Source of the DNA: Octopus sinensis
Lineage: Eukaryota
NCBI RefSeq assembly: GCF_006345805.1
Contig: NC_043001.1
Location: forward strand, 95,852,001 to 95,916,000
Reading direction: 5' to 3'
Length of the DNA stretch: 64,000 bases
Below are positions 27,144-41,997 of this stretch, piece after piece. The notes beneath the pieces are model-generated. The model was not told the DNA's origin. It ran no database searches and saw only the letters and a program-made list of their open reading frames with translations. The position numbers and the translations under genes were made by a program. Positions within the stretch are counted from its first letter, which is position 1. Every line of letters starts with the position of its first letter.

Positions 27144-27297
27144 GACTTTTGCTTTGTACTTGTACAAGTTGGCTCCAAGTCTTACCGTGAGACTTCAAGA
27201 GACAACAAGTTAGATGGTCATGTTTGTGTTATGCCTAGGATATCAAATATTTGGTTTTGCGCATAGTATTGTTCTAGATAATGTTTAAGAAAACATA
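27144..27297 (-). mobile_element. Dong-A 3' UTR fragment fused to element X
   Basis: TTGTACAAGTTGGCTCCAAGTC…TCAAGAGACAA matches 176-220 and 22190-22236. Confidence 0.8.
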
Positions 27298-28490
27298 AGA
27301 AAATTCTGAGTTTGTTTTAAAATTCATTATTATTATTGTTGTTGTTGTTATTGTTGTTGTTATTTTATCCCTGCTGAATATGTATTGTGATATATTTGTT
27401 ATTGAGTTGTTGGATGTTGGTGTAATAAATGCAAAGCGTTAAAAATAGACAATGACAAAGATTGGTGTATATGAGGATGCATGGCAAAAATCGGATCTGT
27501 GTATGATAAAGATTTATACTGCGAGATTTCGATTAGATTTGATTGGAATCACCCAGGTTATATGGCATAAGAATTACTGCTACGGAAATATCGAGCAATG
27601 AGCAATAAAAATTTTAGTGAGGATGCAAGAGAGAAGTTGTTGCAGTGAGAAGCGGCTGCAATTATTGTAACAAGTACGAGATCAGTTGAAATGGGAGGAA
27701 CGCATCTAGGGAGAGATTAATTGAGGCGGGAGATAGTATTAATGACAGTGGTTAACTGAAAGAGATGAAATACACACACACGGCACACTCACAACAGTGC
27801 ATGTCAAGTGGACTGAAGATCCCAGTAGGAAGACGTTATAATGAGCTTAAAGAGAACTGAGATATCTAAGGAGTGATGAATAATGTAGAGATACGAATTA
27901 ATAACATAATCAGTAGAGTGTCACACTAAATGTCATGCGATGTTTCGTCAAATCTTAATTTGTGAGTTCATGTAACATCAAAGTCAAGCATTGACTTTCA
28001 CTCTCCCGTTAAGCTGCCAACAACGTACAGGAATTGATAGGATCACGTATTTCCTGACCATTAAAAATCATTGAATTTGAGCCCAAATTTGTAACTGTTA
28101 TTACATGATATATCCGTAGGTTTCATTGTTTCATTCGAAAGAAGTTGATGGAGAGAAAACCGTAATTTATAGTACGTAACAAGAAGGATCAAAAACAATA
28201 TAAAACACGAGTTGGGATATCTTGAACATTACTCCGAACGTCCAGCAAAATCCTACACTGTCTTTTTATTAATGACTTTACGGATTTGTCCTTAAATATT
28301 GTTTAACTGTCAAGTTTAATATTTCCGCCACATATTAGATATAAAGCAGTCACAACAAGTAAAATGGCAAGCGAGTTATGCACACACGCATACACAGATG
28401 TGTACTCATGAATATATTCACATACACTCATAACAGCGTACGCACATGCGTATATAAATTCGTATGTATATAAATAAATATATATATAAA

Positions 28491-28523
<33 letters not shown>

Positions 28524-29674
28524 TTATATATATATTTAATTTTATTAATTATGGAATACAAATTCCGGCATAACAGGGGTTCAAATTATTCTCAATGAGG
28601 AAATACATATTTTCATTTAGAGATACTAGGCCCCTTCGTCTGACCATATAAAAAAGAATTTAAATTTAAGTACTAACTGCTTTATAATTTGGCTACACGT
28701 GTTTCATGAAGTACATTTCCCGGTTTCTAAATCACACCGTGTTTTGCTGAAACCATTCTTAAAATATAACCCCAATCATCAGGCCCTTATATCACTTTAT
28801 CATCGTTCAATACTATAAACAATATTTTAATTTTTTTTAAACCAATAAATATGTGTAAAAATATGTGTGAAAATATGTTCGCCGGACCCTACTTTACAAG
28901 CCATAATTTAATTCGAATAAGAAATTACAAAAATTAAAAATAATTAAAAATAAAAAAAATTAAAAGAAATAAATAAAATTTTAAAATTTCATATATATAT
29001 TCATAAGAGTAGGTTGACAACGCGAAGAACAGATATCAAAAGTGTAGTGCTTAGATACTGAGATAACAAATTCCTACCCCTTCAACCAGTGCCTCAGGCG
29101 TGAAAATTTAGCTATAAAACGTGTAAACTCGAGCTAATGTGGAACTAGTCGTTTTATCGCCGCTTACAACTTTTTTAGCGTTATTCATCCTACCTTCCAG
29201 TCAGTTTAATTATGTTTGAATTTACAACAGAGATAGCATAGTATTTTTACAAATATATCTCTCTGATTAATTAATCGAATGATGAATGGCTAAATAGCAA
29301 ATTGAATGATGAATAACAAAGAAGTGAAATAGAGTGTGATTCTTGCATAATGACTCTCTCGGGACACTACCAGTATATAATTCTTTCGGTTTAAAATTAA
29401 TCGTACACTACCCTGCATCACATACTTACATGATTTCTTATTGCTGTTGCTGTTCAGCATCAATTAAAAACTCTTTTAATACATCTATGATTAATACTGT
29501 TGATGCAGCATTTAACTCTCCTCTATAATGCGTAATCCGTTGATCAAATATTGTAGAATACTATTCAAGAGAAAATTTGGTTGACATATTTAGTAGATCG
29601 TGCTATAAAGAATGTTTCATTGCGTTGAGTTAATTTACAACCACTTTATTCAAATCAAAGTTAGGTTTGCTATG

Positions 29675-29851
29675 CAGTGGGGTGAAATAAATATTCGTAG
29701 TGTCAAAATTCTTTATTTATTCAATTCATAATGAACATAAATGTTTATGCATGTGTATGCGTACATAGTATTGGTATATCACATTTATGTTCATTAGAAA
29801 TTAAATAAATAAAGAATTTTGACATGCACGAATATTTATTTACCCCCACAG
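29675..29851. mobile_element. Tc1-type MITE (~177 bp, ~70-bp imperfect TIRs)
   Basis: Left arm CAGTGGGGTGAAATAAATATTCG…AATGAACATAAATGT and right arm ACATTTATGTTCATT…CGAATATTTATTTACCCCCACAG. Flanked by TG and TA (a probable decayed TA TSD). Confidence 0.8.
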
Positions 29852-30446
29852 TATATAGTGTTGAGAACATTAGGAAATATAATTGCGAACTGTAACATGA
29901 TCATAATTCTGTAATCATTGAGGGGTTGTTATATACGGTTATATTTGCAATATGTGGACGCATGTCCTAGTAGTTAGACTGTTGCAGTAAACAATCGCGA
30001 CATATTGGATTCTAACTCCCGAACCGCGTCACACATTGTGATCTTGGGAAAATAAAATACCTCACACGGTGCTCTGCCATGACGTTGACATTAATGCGTT
30101 GTACCTGTCCAGGCTACTTCGATTTGGCGAAGCGGGTAAACTTATGTACGGCACAAAAGTTTGAGTGCAATAAAGAAACCATTAAATCATTTGTGCAGAT
30201 TGTTAATTAAGATATTGTAGAACCGTTTCGTTTCGAACTACGAGAGACCACCATCATCATATAGTTTGTAGTATTTCATTGAATCTGTTGGGATAAAAAT
30301 CGTGGACGAGGTTTGAACTCGGGACTAAAGTATTGCATTTAGACAGTGAACTGCATTTTGATAAATATTCTAATCATTTCAAACTCCGTTCTCAGGATAA
30401 TATTGGTATGGAATTTTGAGACCTGACCAATTTCGGTGAAGAGTGT

Positions 30447-30610
30447 AAGCCGATTATATCGACCCCATGTTTTCAGCTGGTACTTATCAATCCTGAAAGG
30501 ATGAATTGCAAAGTGAACCTCAACGGAAACTGAACTGAGAACCTAAACTTAGGCAAAATGCCACCAAGCATTTTGGCTACCATGTTACTATTTCTACCTC
30601 TTCGCCACCT
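30447..30610 (-). mobile_element. SINE family A, degenerate
   Basis: GATTATATCGACCCC…CTGGTACTTAT…GAAAGGATGAA…GCAAAGT…TTCGCCACCT. Confidence 0.7.
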
Positions 30611-32249
30611 TTGTACCAAAGATAATATCAATATGAGCATGATGTCATTCGCAAAGAGTGAAGGCAACCTTGACTTTTGTGGTAAAACTATGTAATGATA
30701 AATATCCCGAACATTGAAAGAATGATACGACGTCTATGTGTTTTATGCATTTATTTTGTATTACCATTGTAACTTTTAGATAAGATTTCCTCTTTGGATT
30801 TGTGTTGCATTCTGGCGAAGGAAAAAAGAAAGGGTGCAGAGATTATATGCAGTTGTGCAGCTATTGTATATAAACTGAAGTCAATATGTATGAAATTACT
30901 TCAGATATTATGCTCACTTGGGAAAAGCGGACAAGCAAAAACGTAAACAATATATTTTGTAGAGATTATAGTTTTAATATTACAGAATTACGATCATGTT
31001 AAAATTTTGCAATTATATTTCCTAACGTTCTCGACAGAATGTTTAGCAAACACAACTGGTTTGATTTGAATTAAGTGAATGTAAATTGATGCAATTCAAA
31101 GAAACATTGAAATAAAAAAAACTGTAAAGTAGTCCATTAGGGACTACTAAGCTTTGTTTTACGAAAAGCAGAAACGTGGTAAACCATTCTGAGTGGCGAC
31201 GGTAAGGTCCGCTTGGAACACAGATATTTGCTCGCATGAATTCATTAACAGGGAACTTTTCAAAGCTGTGGTTACAGTCATGAAAAAATTATGCATCTGT
31301 ACACATCCTGCAACAAGTACTGTGTATATGTATGTGTGCATGTATGCATGTATGTATGTATATATATATATATATATATGTGCATATGTATATGTTTTAT
31401 GTGTATGTATATGCATGTATAAAACATATACACACATACATAATACATACATTCATACATACATACATATATAAATGAGTATTAAGGAATTTTTATTACT
31501 AAAATATTTTGATGTCATTCCATATATATAAGGACATTTTGTTGTAATATTACTTCTACAATTTGGAATTTGATAATACCAATTTAGAAGGAATTATACA
31601 ATACGTTTCTTCTCGACTAATCACAATTAAAATTAGCGGTATTTCTTGATGCGGTATGACTAATATTTGACTACTTAAATCATAGTTAATGTCTCTGTCT
31701 TTTAAATCTAAAATGCACATACTAAGATTCGTAGAATTACATTTATTTCTAAACTTAAATGAATAAGAACAGTTACGCAATATATTAACCAAATTGTAAC
31801 GGAAAATCCCGTGTATTAATACTTATGAAGCCCTATTATGAACTTGCATGTATACACTATATTCTTCTTTAAAAATAACTTTCTAAAGAACATATTGTTT
31901 TTGAAGTTACAAACATTTTTATTTACTTGTAATTGGTAATTATGGTTACAGAATCTAGTATTAATCTTCCTCTTTGTAGTAGGTATTAATGCATGATTAT
32001 TAGCAGTATTATAATCACTATTATTAATAGGTGTTATCTAAGACACATTAAGAATTTCAGAATTGGAATTACTTTTACCTCACCTATGAAATTCTACGTC
32101 AGGAAAATTACCAATAGAGTTATTTTCACAATTGTGTATGTAACTGTACATACACAGATGCACACACATAGATATACATACGCACATACATTTATGATTA
32201 TATATAACAGATATACATATGTAAATATGTACATACATTTATACATATT

Positions 32250-32295
<46 letters not shown>

Positions 32296-32571
32296 ATACA
32301 TATACATATATATATAATTATTATTTGAGGGAATATTAATCCTCCTAACTTACACGGAAAAAATTCAATTTAGATATACTAATTCAAATTTCACACAATA
32401 TAATATATATATAAATTTGAAAAAAAACACGTTTTATCAATTCAAAATGAACAATGATATTACACTATCTAGAAGATTACATATAATAGAAATATTAAAA
32501 TTAAAATCACAATAAAACACCGATGATTAAGTAAATTGCAAAGAAAGTAAAAACGTAGATATATACATATA

Positions 32572-32656
<85 letters not shown>

Positions 32657-32662
32657 TATATG

Positions 32663-32833
<171 letters not shown>

Positions 32834-33720
32834 GATGAGAATATGTGTCAGTCTGTCTACCCCTTCTACTAAATAGAGCTGACAGCTTTTGCACTTCTGG
32901 AAAGTTTCGAGCGCCATACTCCAATTTTGCAAGCATATCCATCGGGTCTTCAGGCTTATTCTATAGGTATTTGATAACAACACATGGTCAAACTGTCTCC
33001 ATTTTCAAAATAAGTAGCTACTAGATATTTTTTTCCTTTGAATAGTTAGAGGTTAGTTTAAATGAAAAGAAACAACTAAGACCTTATGATATAAAGACTG
33101 GAATTTGACGCATGAAAGTGGTGTGACTCCTTCGTACACAGCCTGTGAACATTTCAGTTCACCTTCATATATAACAATATTTCTATACAGAACATATGTG
33201 AATAAAGACTCATGAAATTACACGCCCACACACAAGCACAGGCACGTATATATGCATATATGCGTGTGAATGTATATGTATATACCCAAATTGTTTAGCA
33301 TAGATGCGTGTAATATTTGGGTATATATGCATATATCCAAATTGTTTAGCATAGATGCGTGTAATTATGAAAGTCGAGACCATGTTTGAATATATTGTAT
33401 CACTAATATTCTTCACAAATAGAGCTTAAAATCTTTCCAAATCCCATTTATAACTACATTCCTTTTAACTCTAAAAGTAATCACACGCTTGTTTTCAAAT
33501 TATCTTTATATTTGTCTGCGAAAGTCATTAGTTTGTCTACTGATAATTATATTACAAGATAACCAATTTGCTAATTTATATAATTTCTTTTGTAGTATAG
33601 AGATCATATATATACATGCATGCTCATATACACATATATACACACACAGACTCAGAGGCATATACTTTCGCAGATATGTATATATGTATGTATGTATGTA
33701 TGTTTGTATCTCTGTCTCTG

Positions 33721-33751
<31 letters not shown>

Positions 33752-36700
33752 TTATATATATATATATATACTGAGAGAGTGGTGTGTGAGATGGTATGTA
33801 TGTGTGCACGTTTCCATACACATGCATATATATATATATATATTTGTGTGTGTGTGTGTGTGTGTAATGTATTTACACACACATCAATACATCCATATAT
33901 CCTTAGACACATCATTTTGAAGAAGCAAAGCTCATACACCACAAATGTTTAGAACACAAGCACGGATTCTAATTCATATTTGAATATATTCTTAAGTACC
34001 CATCGTTGTACCATAGAATCCATTTGTTTTTTACACCATCTGTATATAGACTTCATTGGCGATTCAGTTCACCTCCAATTCGATACATGTACGGGGTATT
34101 TATCATTCACAAAAATTATGAACCTCTATATGCATCGTTCCTTAATGGGATTTGGATGCAGGTGTCACGTCTGTCTACGGCTTTCATTTATTTTAATACC
34201 TTAGGCCTTGAGGAAGTCATCCGCACTGCGATCACTCACCTTACCAGTAAACGACGCTGTAAAAGTTACTTATGTATATGTGCAAGTATGTGTGGGTTTG
34301 TATGCCTGTAACTATGCATTTACGAGTGAATGTGTGCACCATCGGGTGTATATCCGTGAACGTGAGCTGCATTAACGTTATTGTCCCACAGCCACTCCAT
34401 AATTGTCGCTTACACAACTTTGATTTTCCCCTCTCTGACATCAGCCGCATGCATTATGCAACCTCCTTTCCCTCATACTTACACGCTGGCACCAGTCTCA
34501 TTTCATCAAAGAACGCATCAACCCTATTAGGGGACCGATTATAGATTTTTATTGCAATCCAATTAGCCTATTATTGAAGTAGATGCTAGTTTCACATGTG
34601 AGCAAAGTTTCGTCAAGATCTATTCACTGGTGTAGGCAAGCAAGATGGTAAAATCATATCGACAGTGAGAAATTACCACTGTTCTATTATATATATATAT
34701 ATATATACATGTAGGTATATTATATTCTATTAAGAACATAGGAAAGTACATATAAAGCTCGGATTTCACCTTGTGCTCTCCAGTAGTAGTATATTACTTA
34801 CTTTCAGGTTTGTGTTTGAGTATCCGTCGTGAGTGAATAGATAAATGAAAAGAATTTGGAGTCAACAAACAGGAGTAGTTTTGGATACTTTTTTTCAATC
34901 ACTACAATTGTTCCTACGCGAAAAAGTTCACCAGACGTGCAGGTATGTGAATAGGCAAAAGTTTCCATGCGTTATTCAGTTATATATGTATTACTTCTTT
35001 CAGTAATTACAATGCGCTTTTTGCAACTATTGTTGTGTGCGGTCTTCTTGTGAACTTGGTTTTCTATTTTCCCTTTCCTCTTTGCTTTGTATCTGTCCAA
35101 AGAATTTGAATTCAACTAAATTGGAAGCTATGAAGTTATGCTACTCTCTGAACAAGACATTGTAACAGAGGCGTAGCATCAGAAATCAAGATTTTTTATA
35201 GGCACAAATACACTATACACAATTTCATGCTTACTGTTATTTTTTCCTATTTTGTTCTAATAAACGTGTGATTGCCATTTTATGAGATGTGCACTCCTCA
35301 TCGACATTTAAGACTATTTAGATAAATTATCTCTGCTAATTTTCACACCATCATTTCTACTTCATATCTAATTCATATTGGTTCTTATCTTCGTAATTAT
35401 AATATCATATAGCAATTAATTTTTTATATCTTTTGCATACATCGTATAGTAACCTTTCTATTATATATACACTTACTATAATAAAGTCGTACGACATTTC
35501 TTGCATTTTCAATTATCTGGAGTTACAAAACAAACATTAGAACGAAGGGACTCACGTGTCCGCATATATGAGTGTGTTCATCTCTTGATCTCTGTATGCG
35601 TCTGTGCATGTAACTCTACGTAAGCATAGATGCAAACAAAATAATTTCTGAGAAGAAAATTAATAGGTTTACTTTCCAACATTGATTAACTCATTAAAAA
35701 TTAATTAAATATTATCATACGCTAATAGCTACACCTCTTATGTAAAAGTCATTAGTCTTTAAGAATATTTACTTCATATTAAATTTTAAGAAATTCTCAA
35801 GGGAAACGGAAAGCAATTTACATAATTTTCCACTCATTTTCAGATTGAATTACTAATTTGTTATAAATGATTACATTTTGTGCTTTGTGATTGTCATTAG
35901 GCGTATGATGGTGTTTCTAGTAACGAAGGTGATGCTATTTATAACTCATAATGTCTCGTAATTATTTTTTGCAGACATTTACGTATCTATATACATGTAT
36001 ATATATATGTAAATACGTACTAGTATGTGCGAGTGTATGTGTACACATATATGTGTCCGTGTATGTGCGTTTGTGTGTGTGTGCGTCCGTGTATGTTTAT
36101 ATGTGCGTTTGCGTGTGTGTGCGTGCGTATGTGTGTATATGTGTGTGGAGCACTACCACATCAGTTAAAATAATAAGCAGCCTTTTCACCGGTTCTTCCA
36201 ATTAAGCGATCAAATGCTGTCGAGGTTCACTTTGCCGTCATCGTTTCGTTGTTGATACACCAATCACGATATGAGAGACGGCATCAAGGTGATCGAATTT
36301 TTCGATTTATCCACCAAACTATGACTTTATTACCTGTAAGTCAATGAAAGAGAAATATTTTTATAATTTTCTTAGATTGTTGAGTGATGGAAGAAATTAC
36401 TTATGTTTTAACAGAGCTCTCATGTCATCCCCTTATTTCATATTCAAAAGACAGTATGAACTATCTATATTATTTTAAATTCACTATTTCCTTAATCGAA
36501 ATGAAGTAAATACATAGTGTTTTGACTGCACAGAATTTGCTAACTTAAAAGGCTCCCTTCGAGTCTTAATACACTGTGTACAGCCTTTATATATTTTCTC
36601 CCGAGTATGTTATACTTTGATTGCCAAATTACACCTAAATCATAGCGAGAGGGTGCATTCAATTAAAGGAATATATGCATCAGGTCATGCCGAACATTGC

Positions 36701-39310
36701 TCTAATTGGTGTAAAAATCAAGTGGTATCTTCTATTGTTTCAGAGGAGAGGAGAATTATATAATTACTAGGATACTTGTAGAAATATTTTGAATATCATG
36801 GAATAATTAAAGAAAATGTTAGGAACTTTGCTAATATGTTGCGAATAATCCGAACTCTAAATATTTTATAGATATATAAACAGCATGTAGAAAGTATTTC
36901 TTCCATTAAATTTTATCTCGTCAAACCTTAAATTTCGATGTGTTATTAAACTGAGAATTTGGGCAGATTAAATATTCTATATTTATTCAATAAGCTAGTT
37001 ATGATAATTCAATATCTAACACTGACTATGGACTATATAACGAATAATATTTCGGTAAGTTAGTAGATTTCGAATAAATCTATTGGATTCATTACTATAG
37101 ATTATACTATATAAAATTTCATAAGCTGGTGGTTTTGTCCCTTCTTCAAAAGAATAATTAGTTTCTTATGATATAACAATAATTACATCTTATTGAAATG
37201 AAGAATCGCAATAATATACGTCTCAAAATATTAGCTGGTGGTTGTATTGCAGCAATGCCCAATTTTAAATACCAATTTTTTGAAAACATAAACTATACAA
37301 CAGAGAATGTAATCTTCATTTAATGTCAAAATATTCTCGTATATGATATTAACACATCACATGGATAAAGGCGTGATATTTGCTGCTGCAAATATATTTT
37401 CAATATTTGTTTATAATATCAATAAATGTTTATGGCACTAAATGGAAGCCAAAGTTACATTTAAATACAATTAATGTTCTTTCATTAACCACATATACCT
37501 TTAATTATAATAGCTGCAGCCGAATGGGAAAACGATAAATTCTCTTGTCAGAAAAGAGACCAGTTTATATATAAAAAGGAATAAATAAACAAATAAATTT
37601 AATCAATAGAATTTATATAAAATCAAATTTTATAACGCTATAAATCAATAATTCTGTCTAAGTTGTGTTAAAATCTATTTTATTTACAATTAAATATATA
37701 TCTAAACTGAATCATATATTTCGTTTTAAGTGATCGTGAATACATACAAGCACACAACGGAACGCATACTTACATTGTACTTATGTTTCTCTGATTATTT
37801 TTGGTCTTTTGAGTTTTCATTGTCGAATTGCTCAACAGTAGTGACCCACTCCTTTGAACCACTCCTTGCAGAATCTTATATATCTCACCAAATATGGAGA
37901 CTTGGAAATGAAAATGTAACCTGCAAATGAAGACTTGGAACTCAAAAATACACTATTAATTATGGGACGATTCGGCGCGAATGTGTAAATGTCTATTTGT
38001 TTAACAGTGGATATGTATGATATGTGATTTATATTTTTGTCGCTAATTGGTCAGTAACAAGTCAGGACTGACTTGTAAATTCAATGATAAATTACATTGA
38101 GTATTTGCTTATCATGTAGATTTTCACGTATAGCGTATCTAAACGTTTGTTATATGACTACACCACACATTTCCTAGTATTACAGACAGATTAATCACTT
38201 TATTCTGGACCACCTGTTGTCACTAAATGATAATTCAGTAACACATGTTCTAACCTACTGATCATACATTTCCTATGCGGCTGAAGTACTATGAGCTGCT
38301 AGTAAGTTACGTACCGAATACTAGTCAATTTCGTGGATCAATATGGGCTGGAGTTTATGTCTTGGCCCTTTAAATGACGCTCTCAGTTGCCATACTCGGT
38401 GATAGCTACATACTAAGTGTAACTTCAAGCAAAACGTTTGGTAAGCACAACGCTAAGTTAGTCGCTTAGTAAACTAGAATGAGAGCCAAGGGAATCTCAA
38501 ATTACCCTTGTACGTCATGCGGATTAAACGAGGTGTCGGACATGAAGTTCGATGGTGCACATATATATATACTCCCATATTCCTTTCATCTTTTGCGATA
38601 CGTTTTAATTTAAACCCTGATGTGTTCTCTTCCATGTGACAATATATCAACGTTTAAATCTATCAGATGTACTTCCATCTTAACTTACATAGGCTCATAG
38701 GGCTTGGTGCCTCGTTTCGGTGGACTGGACACCTATTTACCGTAGCGATACATATTTTCGCCAGCTTAGTGAATTCAAACAACGTAAAATACAATGCATT
38801 TCTCAAGAACTCAACGCATCACCCGGTCCAGGAATCGAAACTACAATTATACGACCTCGGATCCAACATTCTAACTCCTAATGTACGCGCTGATTATATA
38901 CTCACAAACATACAGAAAAAGCAGAGGCACAGGGGATGAAGGATACGGGTAGAGAATGTTATGTCGACACATCTATGTGTGTGTGTATGTGTAAACACAT
39001 TTACTCTTCAATTGCCTCCGTCATTTGGGTTCTGTCATGCTGGAACAACATATAGTTTTAATAACATACCATAACTGATTTTAACAAACAGGCAATTTAG
39101 ATTGATTGAAACGAAGCGACACCAGTTGTCTAAACGGGAAGGAGTACAACACAAAACGCAAAGAGAATTATGCACGTATACATCCAGACACACATGCATA
39201 TATGTATATATACACTGGTATGTATTTGTACGTATACACTCATATATATTATTCTATTACATGTTTCTGTTCTAAGTGTGTTTTCACATACACGCACAGA
39301 TATACACACG

Positions 39311-39353
<43 letters not shown>

Positions 39354-41536
39354 TCACACACATATATGTGTGAATATACAATATATGTATGTATATGTAT
39401 GTATGTAAATACATATCTACAGACATGATGTGCTCGTGCATAAATGCACACGTACAGAGTAATAGACAGGAATCCTGACATCTGTAGGAGGTGTCCTGTT
39501 CACGCATCTCAGTCAAAGCCACTTCTACAATATACATAATATCACCATCTTGTCTGAAAAGCTACTTATATTCTATATATTGTTGTAGCAATATTTTGAG
39601 GGGGGTACGTCAGAGGTACGTCGAGTGGACGCTTGATATTGTTAATGACCAGTCTGCTTAAATTACGTGATATAGGAAAGAAAAAAAAGAACTTAAAGGT
39701 TCGCTGTGCTACTGGAATCCATGCTTCCTGAAAACAGGACAAGCTTTCTATCATTTAACCAAAGCTATACCTAGAATTTCCCCAACTGTTTTAGAAACAT
39801 TATTCTTACCAGGGAGAATTGTGCGTTGCTGACGTCCTAAGAAGTTAGAAACTTTGAGGGAACAGGGGGTAATTCCTATTTTCTAACGGTTTCGAAGCAG
39901 ATAAAACGATAGCATGTAATTATTTGCTTAGATGTTTTAGAGAAGACTGACGTTTGCCTTTGGGATTCGAATCGAACCCACATCACCTGTAAATATGGCA
40001 TCAGCACTCACATACATACACACATATGTATGTTTGTATGTATTTTTAGGGAGAGACAGGCAAATAAGCGGAGAGACGGGGATGAAATATATGCACGCAA
40101 GCACACACAATCCTAAACACGTGCGACGAAGGAGAAATAGAAATTATAGCGATTCATGTCAATTTCAATAGGATTAGTAATGGAGTCCCAGTGTCTGTAA
40201 TTAATAATTTTTTTTTAGATATTTGAAACCATTAATTCAAAAAATATTGAAGCAATCGTCAAGAAGCAACATCTCATACATCATTAATAACGTTAAGGAA
40301 AAGAAAATAATTATCCATAGACAAAGGTCGGAATAATAAAATAATGCCTCTTAAAAATCTCAAATACAGCCAGTTTAATTTCTATTACCTCTCTGAAAAC
40401 CCCCACGGACCAACTGGAGAATAGCATTTTCTATGTTTCGACTAAGAAATATTGATTTTTCGCAATATAAAATCAAGTGAATCAAGCGACAAACCTGGTA
40501 TGAAAATAACTTTGATAACGAAGTGTTGCTGCATCTGAGATAATCTCGAAGCTCGTACATGCAACGCAATTTATTCAGGAATTTTACCATTATGCGCTCT
40601 ATCACATAACAAACAACAACATTAATGACAAACTTTTAACAATATAGCAAAATTATTGTCTATATCATTTAGAATGAGTACCAATTATATGCTAATTTTT
40701 GCAACAATAATGTCTGCAAACATATAACAATTGATTCCTTTGATCAACTATTTATACGTTTACTAGAAGTGGAGTGATTATCTTATTATGAACAACTACA
40801 GCAGCAGCAATGTAAATATATTTCTGTCTCTACATGCTAACTAAAGATAGCAGTATATTTCTACGCAAAATAATAAAATGTAATAAAGTTTCTGATTCCT
40901 AGCGTTAGACAGACGAATGACGAATCTCATATTGCATGAATGAAATTCTAAAGCAGACTATTTCTCTAGAAGCAGCTGTAAATTGCTTATTTCTGGTATT
41001 GGAAGGATTCTAATTTTCGAATGTAAAATTGTTGAAATAAACGTGTAAAGGAATATTTTTTCTGTCACTTCAAAAGCCAAACAAATTAATTATTAATAAT
41101 GCACATGACACAGGTATGTAATCATGTATAAATATACATGCAATATATGCATATGTACAGGATGCGAAAGTTATTTGTGACATATATTGTAATTTGACAA
41201 AATAGTACAAGCCAATGTACTGTGATAAAACAAAAAGCACCATTGTTTTCAAAAATCCTTCTTATATGATAAATGTATGAATCTATCTGCAACTGCGATG
41301 AATGCTTCGACTTGAGGTTGTAATCTTTGATATACCTACGCTAAATTGTTTATTCATTTCGGACAACCTAAAACCATCGACCTCCCCAAAATCATAAGAC
41401 TTGTATCGAATGTCCTCATGCACCACAATTCATATAGCATCTGTATTGTCGTTCACTAAGTACATTGTTTTTGTCTTTGATTTTTGGGAGCGTTGATCCT
41501 CAGAATTGGTAGAGAATCGATCAAACAAATATTTAA

Positions 41537-41997
41537 TAATGTCTGTCGCCACTTCAACATGGCTGTACTGTACGAACGGACGTTACTGCAAATTTTTAAC
41601 CCCAAGTGGACATTTTCCCTAACTGGTTAACGAAGCAACTTGCATCTCTTATATTACAAACAAGGGAGACAAAACCTTCAACCTTCTAGCGACAGGACCA
41701 ACAGACCAGCCTTGTTTGGGGCTATATCTGCTCTTTCTCAGTGGTACACACCTTGTCAGCAAGAAATGGCAGGTGCTCGTGTCAATTTGCAATATATAGA
41801 AATCCAAGTGACATTTATTCTCTGATGTTGCAACAAGCAAAACAGCTAGTTATAAAATCTCTGTAACAGATGAACGCAGTATCTCTAGTGGTGAGTAATG
41901 TTTGTCACCACTTCAACATGACTGCTCCGTTCGCAAAGACATTCCTGCGTCACTCTGCTCTTATGGAACAGCGATATTGAAGTGGCGACAAGTATTA
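41537..41997. mobile_element. Non-autonomous TIR element (~24-bp TIRs) with an internal second left-TIR copy
   Basis: TGTCGCCACTTCAACAT at 41544, TGTCACCACTTCAACAT at 41903 and the reverse complement ATATTGAAGTGGCGACA at 41974-41990. A related left end lies at about 15200-15310. Confidence 0.55.

Noticed and set aside
33286-33366. 51-bp-period local duplication (also 18-bp at about 18178 and 10-bp at about 25675)
   Set aside because: Ordinary slippage duplications with no further structure.
34325-34470. Ankyrin-like peptide on the minus strand (MHAADVREGKIKVV*…NNVNAAHVHGYTP)
   Set aside because: In-frame stop, no TPLH motif and no usable splice sites, so probably chance.
39810-39986. 177-nt minus-strand exon candidate with AG/GTAAGA ends
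   Set aside because: Stops in all three frames. It could only be non-coding, and there is no further support.
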